Made by a program: the position numbers and the translations under genes
In this document: one piece after another, positions 37,767 to 49,800 of the stretch
Numbering within the stretch: position 1 is the first letter of the stretch
Layout of the letters: every line of letters begins with the position of its first letter
NCBI GenBank assembly: GCA_002104905.1
Contig: MCFE01000323.1
Coordinates: forward strand, 1-64,000
Direction: 5' to 3'
Length of the DNA stretch: 64,000 nucleotides
DNA from: Basidiobolus meristosporus CBS 931.73
Taxonomy: Eukaryota > Fungi > Basidiobolomycota
Notes under the pieces: model-generated
The model's database searches: none
Seen by the model: the letters and a program-made list of their open reading frames with translations, nothing else
What the model was told of the DNA's origin: nothing

Positions 37767-39052
37767 ATGCCAATACACCACTGTATAAGTATCCAAATCT
37801 GTCACTATGGTCCCTATACCAAGTCTCAACTCATCTTTAGTTCAACCCAGACAAAATCCATCCCCCAGCTCACAAGCGCAGTCTGGACCAGAAAAGGCAA
37901 TGTTGGATCTGTTTGAGTTCTTGCCAAATGATTTCAGTATGGCCCAAGTGTCTATGATGAGCCTTCATACAGATATTTGGGCACTACTCATTAATCTAGC
38001 TGAACTAGATACCTCAGAGAGTCAACAGAGATGGAAGAACCTGAGTAGAAAGCTGTGGCATGAGCTCTACATTAAGATGCCAGCGGATGTATGTAAGAAG
38101 ATATATAACAAGACAAGTATTGAAATCAAGAATGAGCTGAGAGTGAGGGGATTTGATGAGGAAGCCACACAGGAACAATTTTGCACGCAATTTGCACAGT
38201 ATGGACCAGATGCATCCGTTTGTGCCTCAACTTTGGGAACCAAAGAGACTTTGAATGAGTTTTGCCTCAAATGACTAATGTATTATGTGATATAGTTGTA
38301 GAGCTAAGTGGCTTCCAAGAGCAATGTACATAGAACTCATCCAGGTAACAGTTGCAAAGTATTAGACAGAGGGTAAGTGTATACCTTGAGGAATCAGAAG
38401 GTGAGCTTCAAGTGGAGGAATACAGACCGCAAGCAACATTGTCTAGATTGTGCCAGCATGCCTTGCTGGATTCCTTACCATCCCTTGCAACTTCAGCGCA
38501 CCGGCGCACATCAGTCCAAAATACGCCAACACCCTTCACAAGAGCACCCACATTGACTCAATGCATATTGGGTCAAGGTGCGCACTGCAGAGCAAAACCA
38601 CCATAACCCACAAAACTGCTCAAAAAACTACAAGTCCATTGGAGCAGGCCAAATTGCATCAACAAGCGGCATCACATCAAACTCAGCCAAGGGCCATGCC
38701 AGCGCATCAAGTTGCATCTGCACATGCTATTACACCTGACTATCAACCAGTTACTTCTGGTGAACTGACAGATGATGACCCACTTGAAGTGCCTACACCA
38801 CCAGAGCCTTTGGCAAGTAAACAAACATGTCAGCACGTAACACTGCAGGCCAGCTCAGTTGCATCATCTGGAGCAATTTAGTGAGGCCAAGCTGCAGCAT
38901 TGCACTCATCAACCAGGAGGCAAAATATTGACTATAAATACACAAGTAGCCAAGAGGATAGTCAAGAAGAAAGTAGTTCAAGTATGCAAAGTGAATCACT
39001 ACCAAATGCTTCAGTAGTAATCCCTGTGAGAAAAAAGCCTAGGAGTAGATGA
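37767..39052 (+). pseudogene. Accessory ORF of the outer copy (frameshift near 38262, several stops)
   Basis: Collinear with 34629-35899; many differences are CG>TG/CA. Confidence 0.85.
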
Positions 39053-41839
39053 TGCAATTGCATTGAATTGCTATTATTTGTAATGATCCAAACAACACAT
39101 TTTTTTTGCAATCCGCATTGAGCCATTGCAAATCAGTGATCACTAGATTTTTGATATAAGTAATATTAAGGTTGTCTCACATTTGAGACAGGACCCCTAT
39201 AAATAAACACCCTGCATATGTATACATCATCTGTGGCATCAGTACAGCCATTTGATCTGATTTGCACCCATATAATTGGTTGCGTGCTTGCTATGACACC
39301 TTGTCCAATCACTAGGATCAGGGAATCACTTGCTTATTGGGCAAAATGGGATATTCAATGGCAAACCAGGTAGCTTGTGTATTGGTCAAAGAGCCAATTG
39401 GGGGCTGAAAGCTTCAAGATTCTTCTGGACCAATTAACCACTGAGATACCATCCAATTGGAGTGATGGTAGCCAAAATGGTAAGTATAAATGTAGATTAT
39501 ATTGTGATTTGCATTTATCTCCATTTACATTAAAGAAACATATCCAAATACCAGACTTTGCCTACTATAATAGTGGTATCCAATTGCTCACATGATGCAA
39601 ACATTACAAGTGGGCGCAATCATTTGTGTTAACCTCATTGTGTCAGACTGTGCCATAGTGTGCAAGATAATCCCACATGGTGCAAAATTGTCCAAGAGCA
39701 ATCCTGCCTACTGATAGCTACAATATTGAGCCTGACTGTTCTTAGAAACTGCAGATTGCACCGTGTGCCCTGGCACGGTACAATAAAACAAGTCTAATGG
39801 CTGTCATGTAAAAGCTCATAGTATTATATGCATTGGAGATACCCCAGCCATCAGCAAGATAGCAGGCTATTCCAGGCACAATGGACGGTATTGCTTTCAA
39901 ATGTGTGAGATCCAGGGGATTTACTCCATAACTCACACACATTATTATTACCCAAACACCAGCACTATGAACATCATCTTTCTGCAGAGAGAATGTACAG
40001 AAGTAAGCATGCAGTTGCAGCAAAGTTGGCAAGCTATAAGCCATTGGCTGGAATATGGAATCAATTGGAAACCGGATATACTTAAGATAGAGGGTATCTG
40101 TTGGAGCAAAAGCTTTCCACTGGGAGCAATGCATTTGCTTTTCAACAATATCCCTATACTGATGACCAAGTTGTACATGGGGCACTTTAAGCTTAATGAG
40201 CCCTTTGAGATACCAGAGAAATTTGAAAAAATTGGCAAGATATTGGAGAGTATCTGCTACCCTAGGTACTTCTCATAGGCTCCAATTAATATTCATACAC
40301 ATATGCAACAATACAAATCCAAAGACTGGATGAACTAGATATGTATATATTCAAGTGGTGTGCATGTAGATCTCTGCTGCTACTGTATCCATTCTCTACT
40401 CCATCTTGCACAACATGTGGAGAATATTGGGCCTTGCTTCACCTTTTGGGAGTTTCCTATGGAGCCAATGTGTGAGGAGATAGGAAGCCAAGTCAAGTTG
40501 TAGGTACTAACATATCCCAATCTCATCAAGAATATTACCCTTAAGTCCATCATGGATGTGATGAGTTGGCACATGGAGGACAGCCAGAAAGAGTTGGAAA
40601 ATACTAAGGACAAATGTGCACATGGAAACACCTATGCCTATGGCATTAAGAAGCTAAGCAGCCCCAATGCGTGGGTATTCAGTCAAGTAATGCAAAGTTT
40701 GGTTGGGTGCAACAAGCAACTAATTTTTATCAGGAAAACTCCACCAAGGTATGCTGGATTTCTTGCGGTGTGGTGGTGTATAGGTCCAAGGGAGAGATAC
40801 GTCCAACACTTCTCAAGTGTTTTGTGTGTGGGGTGTTCACTGGGTGCAATAACCTCTGGCAAAAGCTTGCTAGGAATACTTGGGTTCTGTCTCTAATCTA
40901 ATGTGAAGGGGAATAAAGCCACAAGCTTGTCAAGGGAAAACTATTGAGCTACAATCCCCAACTTAGTTGGCGTCTTAACAAAAGTATGTGCTGGGTTCAG
41001 CGTCCTTTGAGATGACAATGTACTAAAGCTTCCAAAGTCAAAACAACTGTAAACTCCACCAGCAGGGACTTGATAAGAATGCAGCTTTGGTCAATAGTTA
41101 CAAAGACAGAAAAGTATCTTTGCCTGTACAAGAACAAACTTGGGAAAGAATCAAATATAATAAAAGATACCTACTCTGAGTATTCCTCACAAGTAGTGCC
41201 TCCAAGGTCAGTTGGCTGTCAGCGCGGTTTCCTGGGAGTGTCCTGTGGTCTAGGGTTGGAAGTTCAGGTAGCAGCAGGTAGCAGTGATCACACTAATCAA
41301 CAAGTCGGTATATTGATAAAAGGGATGATGATTTATTGTTGAGGGATAGCCTCCCTTATATACTTTTCTTACTGGCTAAGTGATTACTAATCATGGTGTT
41401 CCAGAAGGTTCCAGAGATCAATAGAAATCTTAATGACATCAGAATGACCTAAGAATGTTCTAAGTAGGTGCCGGAAGGTTCTAAGAGGCACAGCACATCC
41501 GACCAATCAGGAATCAGTATTCTGAAACCTGTGTAACATGGGGATACCATATATGGTATGGAAGTGGTAGGGATGGTGACACGGGCTGATCATGTGTCAC
41601 GGGTACTGGCGCGGGTACTTGCCTAATATAGAAGTACTTATAGCTAGTAATCTTACATAAAGTGAGGGTTAACTTATGCAATAAGGTAAGCAGGTGTGAT
41701 AGTCAACCGGCTTATGGGATAGTACTGATTGGGTAAGACAAATGGGATAAAACTAAAATAAGTGTAGTAGAGATATAGGGAAGTAGAAAATAAGGGAATG
41801 AGCACATCTGTCAGTGGGTGTCACTGTCACCCCACTACA

Positions 41840-41853
41840 TCCACCCCCCTCTC
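41840..41853 (-). other. Polypurine tract (GAGAGGGGGGTGGA) abutting the 3' LTR
   Basis: Read directly on the minus strand. Confidence 0.8.
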
Positions 41854-41878
41854 AGCTTTGAACTTGGGTCAAAGCAAA

Positions 41879-44800
41879 CTAATCTTGATGTGCGAAATTC
41901 CTATGCTTGAATAACTTAAGTCGATTTCCAGCAACTGGTGCTCTCAACTGGGTGTTGTCAAGCTCAGATATGTAATAACTTCCATTTCCAATCACTTTGG
42001 AAATGAGGTAGGGGCCAGTCCATTTGTTGTCAAACTTCCGACTCCATTGCTTGTCCAAGGTAGAATCGTAGAGTAATACTGGGTCTCCTAGTGATAGTGG
42101 TTTTGGCCTTGTTGGGTGTGATTTGTCAAAGGGCACCTTGTTCTTTAGTCGTGTATCCTTAAGTTGTTCAGCAGCTCTGCTGATATTCAAGTCATGGTGA
42201 TCAAGTTGCTGTATGCGAGTTGCAAGGAGGTCTTCAGTCTGCATATTGGATCTCCAATTCAATGAGTTCCAAGTGACTGTGTTTAACTCAACTGGTAGTA
42301 TGCAGTCATGTCCATAGAGTAGCTTGAATGGCGATGATCCAGTTGTCCTCTTAGTAGTAATTCTATCTGCCCACAGTGCAAGATGTAATTGCTGTGGCCA
42401 CAGTGTTGTGTTATTCTCACAGGCCTTGACAAGAGAGTTCACCAATGGTCCATGTCCTCTCTCTATCATTCCATTGGCTTGAGGGTGGTAAGCTGTTGTG
42501 AAAGCTATGTGTATCTTGTACTTTGAGCACAACTCCTGGATCATTTGGGATGTCATCTCTCCTCTGTCAGCAACAAACTGTTGGATGCAGCCAAATCTGC
42601 AGATGATGTCTTCAAGTATAAATCTCCATATGGTATGGCTCTTGTTGTTGGGCAAGGCTCGAGCCTCTGCCCATCCACTAAGGTCATCTCTAGCAACAAT
42701 CAGGTACTTTTTTGATCCAGCTGTTGGCATGTGGACAAGGTCAATACCAACCTTTTGCCATAGACAGATTGTGTAAGTAGGATGCAGTGGTTCTTCATAA
42801 CGCTTGGAGGATCTCTTCTGGCAGGCTACACATGACTCAACAAAGTGCTGGACATCATAGTACATGTTTTCCCAGTAGTACCTCTGAGCTGTGGTATTGT
42901 ATGTGGCTTCTCGTCCTCTATGTCCTCCTGGTTCTCCTTGGTGGATACTTGTCATGATGTTCAGTTGCTCTTGAGGGGTGGTGACTACTCTTCTTGGCAT
43001 AAGTCCAGGCTTCACTCGCTTAAAGAGAAGATCATCTTTAAGATAGTAGTGGTGTGCCTTCTTCCTGAGTTTTCTAAACTCCTGAATATCCATCCAACTA
43101 GGTTTCTTAAGTGTCCTTAGATATTCCTTGATCAGACTCCAGGTAGTTCTCTCTTGGTCTTTGATGGCAATCTGTCGGATCTCTGCATCGATAATATCGT
43201 CAAAGTGAGGGTCCAAGTCTTCAAATAATTGTGGTCCCTTCCTGGAGAGTGCATCAGCCACAACATTTGTCTTGCCAGGGATATGTTTGACCTCAAAGTC
43301 AAACATTTTCAGCCATGCCATCCATCGGTTTGTGGCATCATCAGGTAGGTCAGGCTTGTTGATCATTCCTATAAGTGGCTTGGCATCTGTCTCCAGGATA
43401 AAATGTGTCATGTAGAGTTGTGACTTCAGTTTCCTCAGCATCTTCACAACTCCTAGTAGTTCTCTCTTAATCTGTGAGTATCTTTGTTCTCTAGGAGAGA
43501 ATAGGCAGCTCTCATATCTGCAGGCATAGCGGTTGCCATCTTCATCATCTTGTCCAAGTAGTGCTCCAGCTCCTATGGGGCTTGCATCCACTGTCAAAAT
43601 AGGTGGGCATTCAGTGTTTTGATAGTCAAGAGGTCTTAGAACTGGTGGAGATACTAAGGCCTCTTTCAGTAATTGCATGGCTTCTTCTTGCTCTTCTCCC
43701 CAGATAAATGGGGTATTCTTTCTCTGTAGTCGGTAGATTGGTTCTGCTATCTCAGAAAATCTTGGGATCCAGATCCTAAAGAACCCACAAGCTGCCACAA
43801 AGCCACGAGCTTGTGTTAGATTTGTGGGGGTAGGCCAGTTGCATATCTTTTGTGTCTTGGAGTCTCCAGGTGAGCGACCAAAGGTGTTGCATTTTTGTCC
43901 AACAATGGATATCTCTGATACACCAAAGCTGCTTTTCTCACCACTGATGGTGAGTCCAGCTTCTTCAATGGCTCCTAGTATGGCATCATTGTCTGCAATA
44001 TGGTCATAGACAAACTTTCTTACTCCAGGCATAACTTCAGTGGTGTCCCGGAATTTTGATCCTTTGATGCCTATGTCATCCACAAAGACAGCAAGTTTCT
44101 CAGGTATAAACTGGTATAGCACATTCACCATGCATCTCTGGAACTGAGCCACGGAGTTTGTAGCCCCTTGGCTGAGTCTTGTCATCCTTAATAGTCCAAA
44201 TGGTGTCTGTAGTGCAAACATATCTCTTGATGTCTCATCAAGGGGAATCTGGTCATATCCTGAGTAGAGATCGTATGTTGAGTAGATGGAGTGGCCACTA
44301 AAGCTTTCTGCAAAGTCATCAATAGATGGAGGTATAGCAGCATCTCTGATAGTGACAGCATTTGCAGGTTGCATGTCTTGAATGAATCGGAGCTTTCCAT
44401 TCTTCTTTTTGGTTACAAACCATCTGTTAGCATAGGGCCCATGGCAAGGTTCTAGGATACCAGCTTCTATCTTCTTCTTAAGTAGGTCATGCACATCAGC
44501 TTGGAGTCCTCTGGGCAGTGGGTAAGGCTTAAATGACCAGGGTGTGTGGGGCACTGTATGAATCTTGATGGGTTTTTCAACCGATGTCTTTAAGAGTCCC
44601 ATCTCCTTGTCATTATATGAGAAGACCTTATCATGCCTTTTCAAGGTCTCCTTAAATAATAGTATCTCCTCTGGTGTAAGGTTTCCATCACCAATGATAA
44701 GTTGCTTAAGTCTCTCAGGTGTAAGTCGTGTATCATCTGGTGTTTCTTCTGGTGGTCTAATGTAATCAGCAGGTCGGGATCCATCAGTCAAAGGTGTAAG

Positions 44801-46732
44801 TGATGGTCTAATCTTCTGTTCTACTGTCTTGTATTTTGTTCGAACCATAGCTGTTTGCTCCTGTATACCTAATGAGCAGCTCCAAATGTTGGGGTGTATA
44901 TTGTCAGGCTCTTCATCTTCTTCCATAACAAGATGTGTCTTCTGGCAAGCAGTATGTGTCCTCTTATTGTTGGGTGTTACACCACAGAAGGTTGACTGTA
45001 GTCCTGGATTGGATCCTTGTATGGTGTACCATACTGACCCATCGGAATAGTTGGTAGTTGTAGCCTTAGTACTGGTTTCCCATGGTCTACCTAGCAGAAG
45101 GTCAAAGTTTGCCTTCTGGCAGATGAAGAGGGGAAGCCAGACCTTGATTCCTTGTACCTCAATAGGGAACTTGTGCACTACACCGTAGAGTGGACTAGAT
45201 CCTGAGTTTGCATCAGTCATGTTCCATCCAATATCTCTATCAACAGGCAGTAGCTCCTTGCTTCTAAGTGTCTTCCAGAAGTCTAGCGGCATAACACAAA
45301 TCTCTGAGCCACTGTCAATATGGCAGTCAACAGGGTCATCATATATATATCCTTTCACCACAGCAGTTGCAACTGAGTAAAAGGTCTTATACTCAGTAGT
45401 GTTGTCATCTTTTTGGTGGTCTTCATGGTTTGTGTGAATAATATGGGTGTCCATATGTTCAACAGCTTGTCGTCTTGTTCTAAGCTGCTCATCAAAGGTC
45501 TTCCTAACAGATGGGGATACACTCATGATTTCTCCAACCGACAAAGTGAGGTTCTGCTTCAGCAGCTTCTCAGTAATCAGTTGAGGGCTTGAGTAGCTTG
45601 TTATCTTTGAGGTCATCTGAAAGTGAGGCAATGGATCTTGGGTGGGCAGCATACTAGGCCTCTTGTCAATAACAACTTCAGGTTCTTCAAATCGTGGTCT
45701 TCTAAGGATGGGTTTGGCAGGTTCTTCAGGGAGGTGTCTTTTGGTAGCAAAGGCATCAACTTCATATTGTCTGTTGTCAGAGCTGCTTGGACTCACTTTA
45801 TGGGTCCCAATAGGGGCATCAACAGTAATCTTTCTGGTTGCTGAGTCAGATTTCTGGAAAAGGGCTCTCATCCCTCCTCTTCGGAAATTAGTGGGAATCC
45901 TCCTTCCTTCCTTGTCAGCAAGCATTCCATCAGCATCAAACTGTACTGCTCCTTCTCTGAGTAGCTGACTAAGCTCTGAGCATTCTCGTCTGGCATGCTG
46001 AGTAGAGTCACACCAGATGCAGTGCCTGGGCAAAGGTCTTTGTCCCTCAGTAGGAACCTCAGCTGAGCCATTAATCTTGAGGGCTAGCTTTTGTAACTGT
46101 TCAGCAAGTTGGTCAATTCTGTCGGTAGTGTAGGTCTGATTGTCAGCAGCAGCACTCCTTGGCTCCTTGGTTGACTGGTCTGGCAGATTAGATGTCAGGA
46201 GTCTCATAAAGGTAGAAGTTTGCTTTGCCTCTAGGAGAACACGTTTCATCTCTGCAAAGCAAGGAATGCCAGACTTGTCATCCTTGGCAGCATGTAAGTC
46301 AACTTTCCTTGCCAAGTCCTGGGGAAGCCCTTGTGCAAGGTAAAGTGTCATGGTAAACTCAGTTATAGCCTGGGACTCTAGGAGTGGCTTGGCCATATCT
46401 TCATACTGTTGAATGAACTCTTCAAGTGGTAGCTTGGAAAGTCCAGTTCTTCCAAAGTGCCTGAGATCTTCAATTCCATAGTATATCTGGGGTCTACCAT
46501 ACTCGGTCTGTAGGTAGGTCTTCATTAAGGCCCAGTCAGTGAGAATGTCTCCTTGTCTGAGAAGCTTAGTGGTAATATCATCGGTGCAGTAGTAGGGGAA
46601 GTCTTCAGCCATTTCTTGTTCAGATAGACTGCACATCTTGCAGAGCTTCTCCCATTTGAATATGAAGCTTTCCACATTCTTTCCATCAAACTGTGGGGCT
46701 CCATGTGAGAGTGGTAATGGCATAGAGTTCAT
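41879..46732 (-). CDS. Gag-Pol polyprotein, single ORF, 1617 aa (Gag-CCHC, PR, RT, RNase H, IN)
   Basis: CIWCDSTQHARREC knuckle; IDSGS protease; YDLYSGYDQ..FVDD RT; VDAS..ETDAKPL RNase H; HHCC plus DLVH..ADRGE..MIERGH integrase; GPY. Order PR-RT-RH-IN; no chromodomain seen. Confidence 0.97.
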   Translation of the reverse strand: MNSMPLPLSHGAPQFDGKNVESFIFKWEKLCKMCSLSEQEMAEDFPYYCTDDITTKLLRQGDILTDWALMKTYLQTEYGRPQIYYGIEDLRHFGRTGLSKLPLEEFIQQYEDMAKPLLESQAITEFTMTLYLAQGLPQDLARKVDLHAAKDDKSGIPCFAEMKRVLLEAKQTSTFMRLLTSNLPDQSTKEPRSAAADNQTYTTDRIDQLAEQLQKLALKINGSAEVPTEGQRPLPRHCIWCDSTQHARRECSELSQLLREGAVQFDADGMLADKEGRRIPTNFRRGGMRALFQKSDSATRKITVDAPIGTHKVSPSSSDNRQYEVDAFATKRHLPEEPAKPILRRPRFEEPEVVIDKRPSMLPTQDPLPHFQMTSKITSYSSPQLITEKLLKQNLTLSVGEIMSVSPSVRKTFDEQLRTRRQAVEHMDTHIIHTNHEDHQKDDNTTEYKTFYSVATAVVKGYIYDDPVDCHIDSGSEICVMPLDFWKTLRSKELLPVDRDIGWNMTDANSGSSPLYGVVHKFPIEVQGIKVWLPLFICQKANFDLLLGRPWETSTKATTTNYSDGSVWYTIQGSNPGLQSTFCGVTPNNKRTHTACQKTHLVMEEDEEPDNIHPNIWSCSLGIQEQTAMVRTKYKTVEQKIRPSLTPLTDGSRPADYIRPPEETPDDTRLTPERLKQLIIGDGNLTPEEILLFKETLKRHDKVFSYNDKEMGLLKTSVEKPIKIHTVPHTPWSFKPYPLPRGLQADVHDLLKKKIEAGILEPCHGPYANRWFVTKKKNGKLRFIQDMQPANAVTIRDAAIPPSIDDFAESFSGHSIYSTYDLYSGYDQIPLDETSRDMFALQTPFGLLRMTRLSQGATNSVAQFQRCMVNVLYQFIPEKLAVFVDDIGIKGSKFRDTTEVMPGVRKFVYDHIADNDAILGAIEEAGLTISGEKSSFGVSEISIVGQKCNTFGRSPGDSKTQKICNWPTPTNLTQARGFVAACGFFRIWIPRFSEIAEPIYRLQRKNTPFIWGEEQEEAMQLLKEALVSPPVLRPLDYQNTECPPILTVDASPIGAGALLGQDDEDGNRYACRYESCLFSPREQRYSQIKRELLGVVKMLRKLKSQLYMTHFILETDAKPLIGMINKPDLPDDATNRWMAWLKMFDFEVKHIPGKTNVVADALSRKGPQLFEDLDPHFDDIIDAEIRQIAIKDQERTTWSLIKEYLRTLKKPSWMDIQEFRKLRKKAHHYYLKDDLLFKRVKPGLMPRRVVTTPQEQLNIMTSIHQGEPGGHRGREATYNTTAQRYYWENMYYDVQHFVESCVACQKRSSKRYEEPLHPTYTICLWQKVGIDLVHMPTAGSKKYLIVARDDLSGWAEARALPNNKSHTIWRFILEDIICRFGCIQQFVADRGEMTSQMIQELCSKYKIHIAFTTAYHPQANGMIERGHGPLVNSLVKACENNTTLWPQQLHLALWADRITTKRTTGSSPFKLLYGHDCILPVELNTVTWNSLNWRSNMQTEDLLATRIQQLDHHDLNISRAAEQLKDTRLKNKVPFDKSHPTRPKPLSLGDPVLLYDSTLDKQWSRKFDNKWTGPYLISKVIGNGSYYISELDNTQLRAPVAGNRLKLFKHRNFAHQD

Positions 46733-46850
46733 GTTGGGCAGGTAGGTTGGTGTTGTAATCTTGGTAATATCGGTAGTCTCTTTTCAATAGGTGGATAACA
46801 GCTCAAATCTTCAGGTAAATCTTGTTGGGTCCTAGGGAGCTTGTATGAAC

Positions 46851-46868
46851 CCCCCACGTTGGGTGCCA
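46851..46868 (-). other. Primer-binding site, tRNA-Lys type (TGGCACCCAACGTGGGGG)
   Basis: 4 nt inside the 5' LTR; 16/18 match to the recalled tRNA-Lys(CUU) PBS TGGCGCCCAACGTGGGGC. Confidence 0.75.
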
Positions 46869-49800
46869 AATATGTGGTGGTGTATAGGTCCAAGGGAGAG
46901 ATACGTCCAACACTTCTCAAGTGTTTTGTGTGTGGGGTGTTCACTGGGTGCGATAACCTCTGGCAAAAGCTTGCTAGGAATACTTGGGTTCTGTCTCTAA
47001 TCTAATGTGAAGGGGAATAAAGCCACAAGCTTGTCAAGGGAAAACTATTGAGCTACAATCCCCAACTTAGTTGGCGTCTTAACAAAAGTATGTGCTGGGT
47101 TCAGCGTCCTTTGAGATGACAATGTACTAAAGCTTCCAAAGTCAAAACAACTGTAAACTCCACCAGCAGGGACTTGATAAGAATGCAGCTTTGGTCAATA
47201 GTTACAAAGACAGAAAAGTATCTTTGCCTGTACAAGAACAAACTTGGGAAAGAATCAAATATAATAAAAGATACCTACTCTGAGTATTCCTCACAAGTAG
47301 TGCCTCCAAGGTCAGTTGGCTGTCAGCGCGGTTTCCTGGGAGTGTCCTGTGGTCTAGGGTTGGAAGTTCAGGTAGCAGCAGGTAGCAGTGATCACACTAA
47401 TCAACAAGTCGGTATATTGATAAAAGGGATGATGATTTATTGTTGAGGGATAGCCTCCCTTATATACTTTTCTCACTGGCTAAGTGATTACTAATCATGG
47501 TGTTCCAGAAGGTTCCAGAGATCAATAGAAATCTTAATGACATCAGAATGACCTAAGAATGTTCTAAGTAGGTGCCGGAAGGTTCTAAGAGGCACAGCAC
47601 ATCCGACCAATCAGGAATCAGTATTCTGAAACCTGTGTAACATGGGGATACCATATATGGTATGGAAGTGGTAGGGATGGTGACACGGGCTGATCATGTG
47701 TCACGGGTACTGGCGCGGGTACTTGCCTAATATAGAAGTACTTATAGCTAGTAATCTTACATAAAGTGAGGGTTAACTTATGCAATAAGGTAAGCAGGTG
47801 TGATAGTCAACCGGCTTATGGGATAGTACTGATTGGGTAAGACAAATGGGATAAAACTAAAATAAGTGTAGTAGAGATATAGGGAAGTAGAAAATAAGGG
47901 AATGAGCACATCTGTCAGTGGGTGTCACTGTCACCCCACTACAGCGGTCACAAGCCAACTTCTACACAATTCTATACAGAATTCACACAAACAAAAGCCA
48001 GAGTACACCTATCAGGGGGACTAGAATCCAGCAGGGAGAAGGAATATATTGGCCAAATACCAAGAAGTTCTTTGCCAATAATGAGGATGTATTCATGGCA
48101 GAAGTGGCAACAACCAAGCATATGTTTGCAAGATGTATATGCTACCAGCAGTACAAGGTATACGGCAACTTTGCAAGTATCACACTAAAAAGCCGTAAAG
48201 TTGAGGTGATAGAAGTATGTCAATTGCAGCAGGTGTGCGCATTTGTAGAGATTAGTAAGCAGGAGGCCATAGTTTCTTTTGGTTCAAACTATATGTGGAA
48301 TACCCAAGGTAGTAGTGGGTAAGCAAATAAAGAAAGATGATTCTACAGTGGAATATATGAATTGCCCAAGGGGAGGTAGTAAAAGGAAATACCATTTGGT
48401 AAATTGGTACGGTAGCATTATACTGAACCAATGGCAGGCTGTCATACTGCCAAGAAAAAGCCATCAGAATCTTGGTGTGAGGCTGTCAAAATACTGTCAT
48501 GTTTCTTGCCATATAAGGCAGTTGGAAGTCCTGGCCAACTGGATCCACTTAAAATAGTAATAGAGCACTGAAAGACCGCAACAATACCATGCAAATATAG
48601 TGACAGCACCAATCAAAAATTGTCTAGTTTTATCCCTTTATTTGGCTGTAAAATTTGCAAAACACTGTCATGATCTTGTTATAAGATCATCAGGAGGGTC
48701 ACTAATTCCAAGCTGCTGTTATTATGACAGTCTCTAAGTGGGATCTTGATAGATGATCCGGATTGGATCCACCTGTGGGACCAAATTATTTTTCATAGGG
48801 TTGTGACAGCAGCTGTTGTCTTATTGATAATTCTTCTTGAATATTACGGGCTTCATATTGTTCCGGGTTGATAGTACTGATTGGTGGGCACTGCTGCATT
48901 TCTGTTGCACCTCTTTGCCTCTAGCTTTGGTAGCCTTTTCTTCCTTTACCTTCACCACACTCACTACCAGGTCTTTCCCTGCTAATTTGATTGAGTACTT
49001 CTTGTGTTGATCTATGTTTTCATGCTGATAAATGCTGCAAATATGCATCTGTTTTTACCTGCTTGTCCCTCACCAGCACTCTCCTGGATACCTGATGTTT
49101 CTTTGCCACTTATTTTGAGCTTATTTTTGGTTATTTTCACTCCCAAGTCTGGCACTGCTACTTTGGCCAAGTACTTCTTGATTTCTACTATATATTTACC
49201 ATGAAAATGCTGCACTGGTGCATATGTTTATGCCAGCCTGCCGCTTGCTGGCATCCTTCTATTACCTGCCATGGCTTTACCACCTGTTTAGAACATAGCC
49301 TATTTGGATTTAGCCCTGCTTGTTGCACTGAATGTGAAAGCAAGCTGCTATCCAACTGCTCTTCTGCGGCTGCTTGTTGGGGGATTTGGTTGGGAACCAG
49401 ACAACTTTGCCTTATTCATTGGTGGCATGCAAATGAAAGTGAGTCAAACCAAAGGAGGTATAGTAAATATATACATGTGTGTATGGTTCCATAACTATAT
49501 CTATAATGCCTGTTGTATCCAAGAGATGATTGTAATAAAGCTTCTTAGTGGTTAATTGAACCAAAGGGGCAGCTTACCGGAAATTCTCAGAACTGTCAGA
49601 GTGTAGTAGAAATGTTAGCAGAAGAATTCTAGCTGATACTGATCTTGGATGTAGCTAGATTTGGCTATGAAGGCAATGGAGTTTGTTTGCAACAAAGGCT
49701 AGGCTTAGTGTACTTGGAAGTGCTAGTTATGCTAGGCTTGAATAGAAGGTAGAGCAGAATGGTTGAACTTCTACTTTTGTTGGGAAACAATCATGATTTT

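Larger units (their letters stand above)
32994..39795. mobile_element. Outer, older Harbinger-superfamily (Pangu-like) DNA transposon; TSD AAT; contains a nested copy of itself
   Basis: Degenerate TIRs AGACTTGATCCGTTG / CAATAAAACAAGTCT; AAT at 32991-32993 and 39796-39798; GGCACTAT/ATAGTGCC subterminal repeats. Confidence 0.92.
40769..47943 (-). mobile_element. Full-length Ty3/Gypsy LTR retrotransposon (7175 bp), 1071-bp LTRs at 46873-47943 (5') and 40769-41839 (3'), 4-bp TSD GCGG
   Basis: TG..CA termini; GCGG at 40765-40768 and 47944-47947. Two LTR differences spotted (40848/46952, 41370/47474). PBS and PPT present. Confidence 0.98.
31818..48322 (+). pseudogene. CACTA/EnSpm-like (tnp2, Transposase_21-type) transposase relic, interrupted by 32994-39795 and 40769-47943
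   Basis: N-terminal Cys-rich CCxxR..CGYC; SDIFDGKHY, ALALDGF, SCWP..LNLP, NLDSYLYPL. The reading continues after each insertion (RITVN|GCHVKAHSIICIGDTPA; YAGFLA|VTSQLLHNSIQ), matching uninterrupted homologues at ~59900 and ~63150. Confidence 0.85.

Noticed and set aside
41070-41342. 90-aa ORF repeated at 47174 and partly at 26908 and 30259
   Set aside because: Lies inside the LTR on the antisense strand, lacks a true ATG, and is broken in the solo LTR copies.
48700-48704. CACTA pentamer as a possible element terminus
   Set aside because: No matching inverted terminus or TSD found, so the CACTA-like element ends remain undefined.
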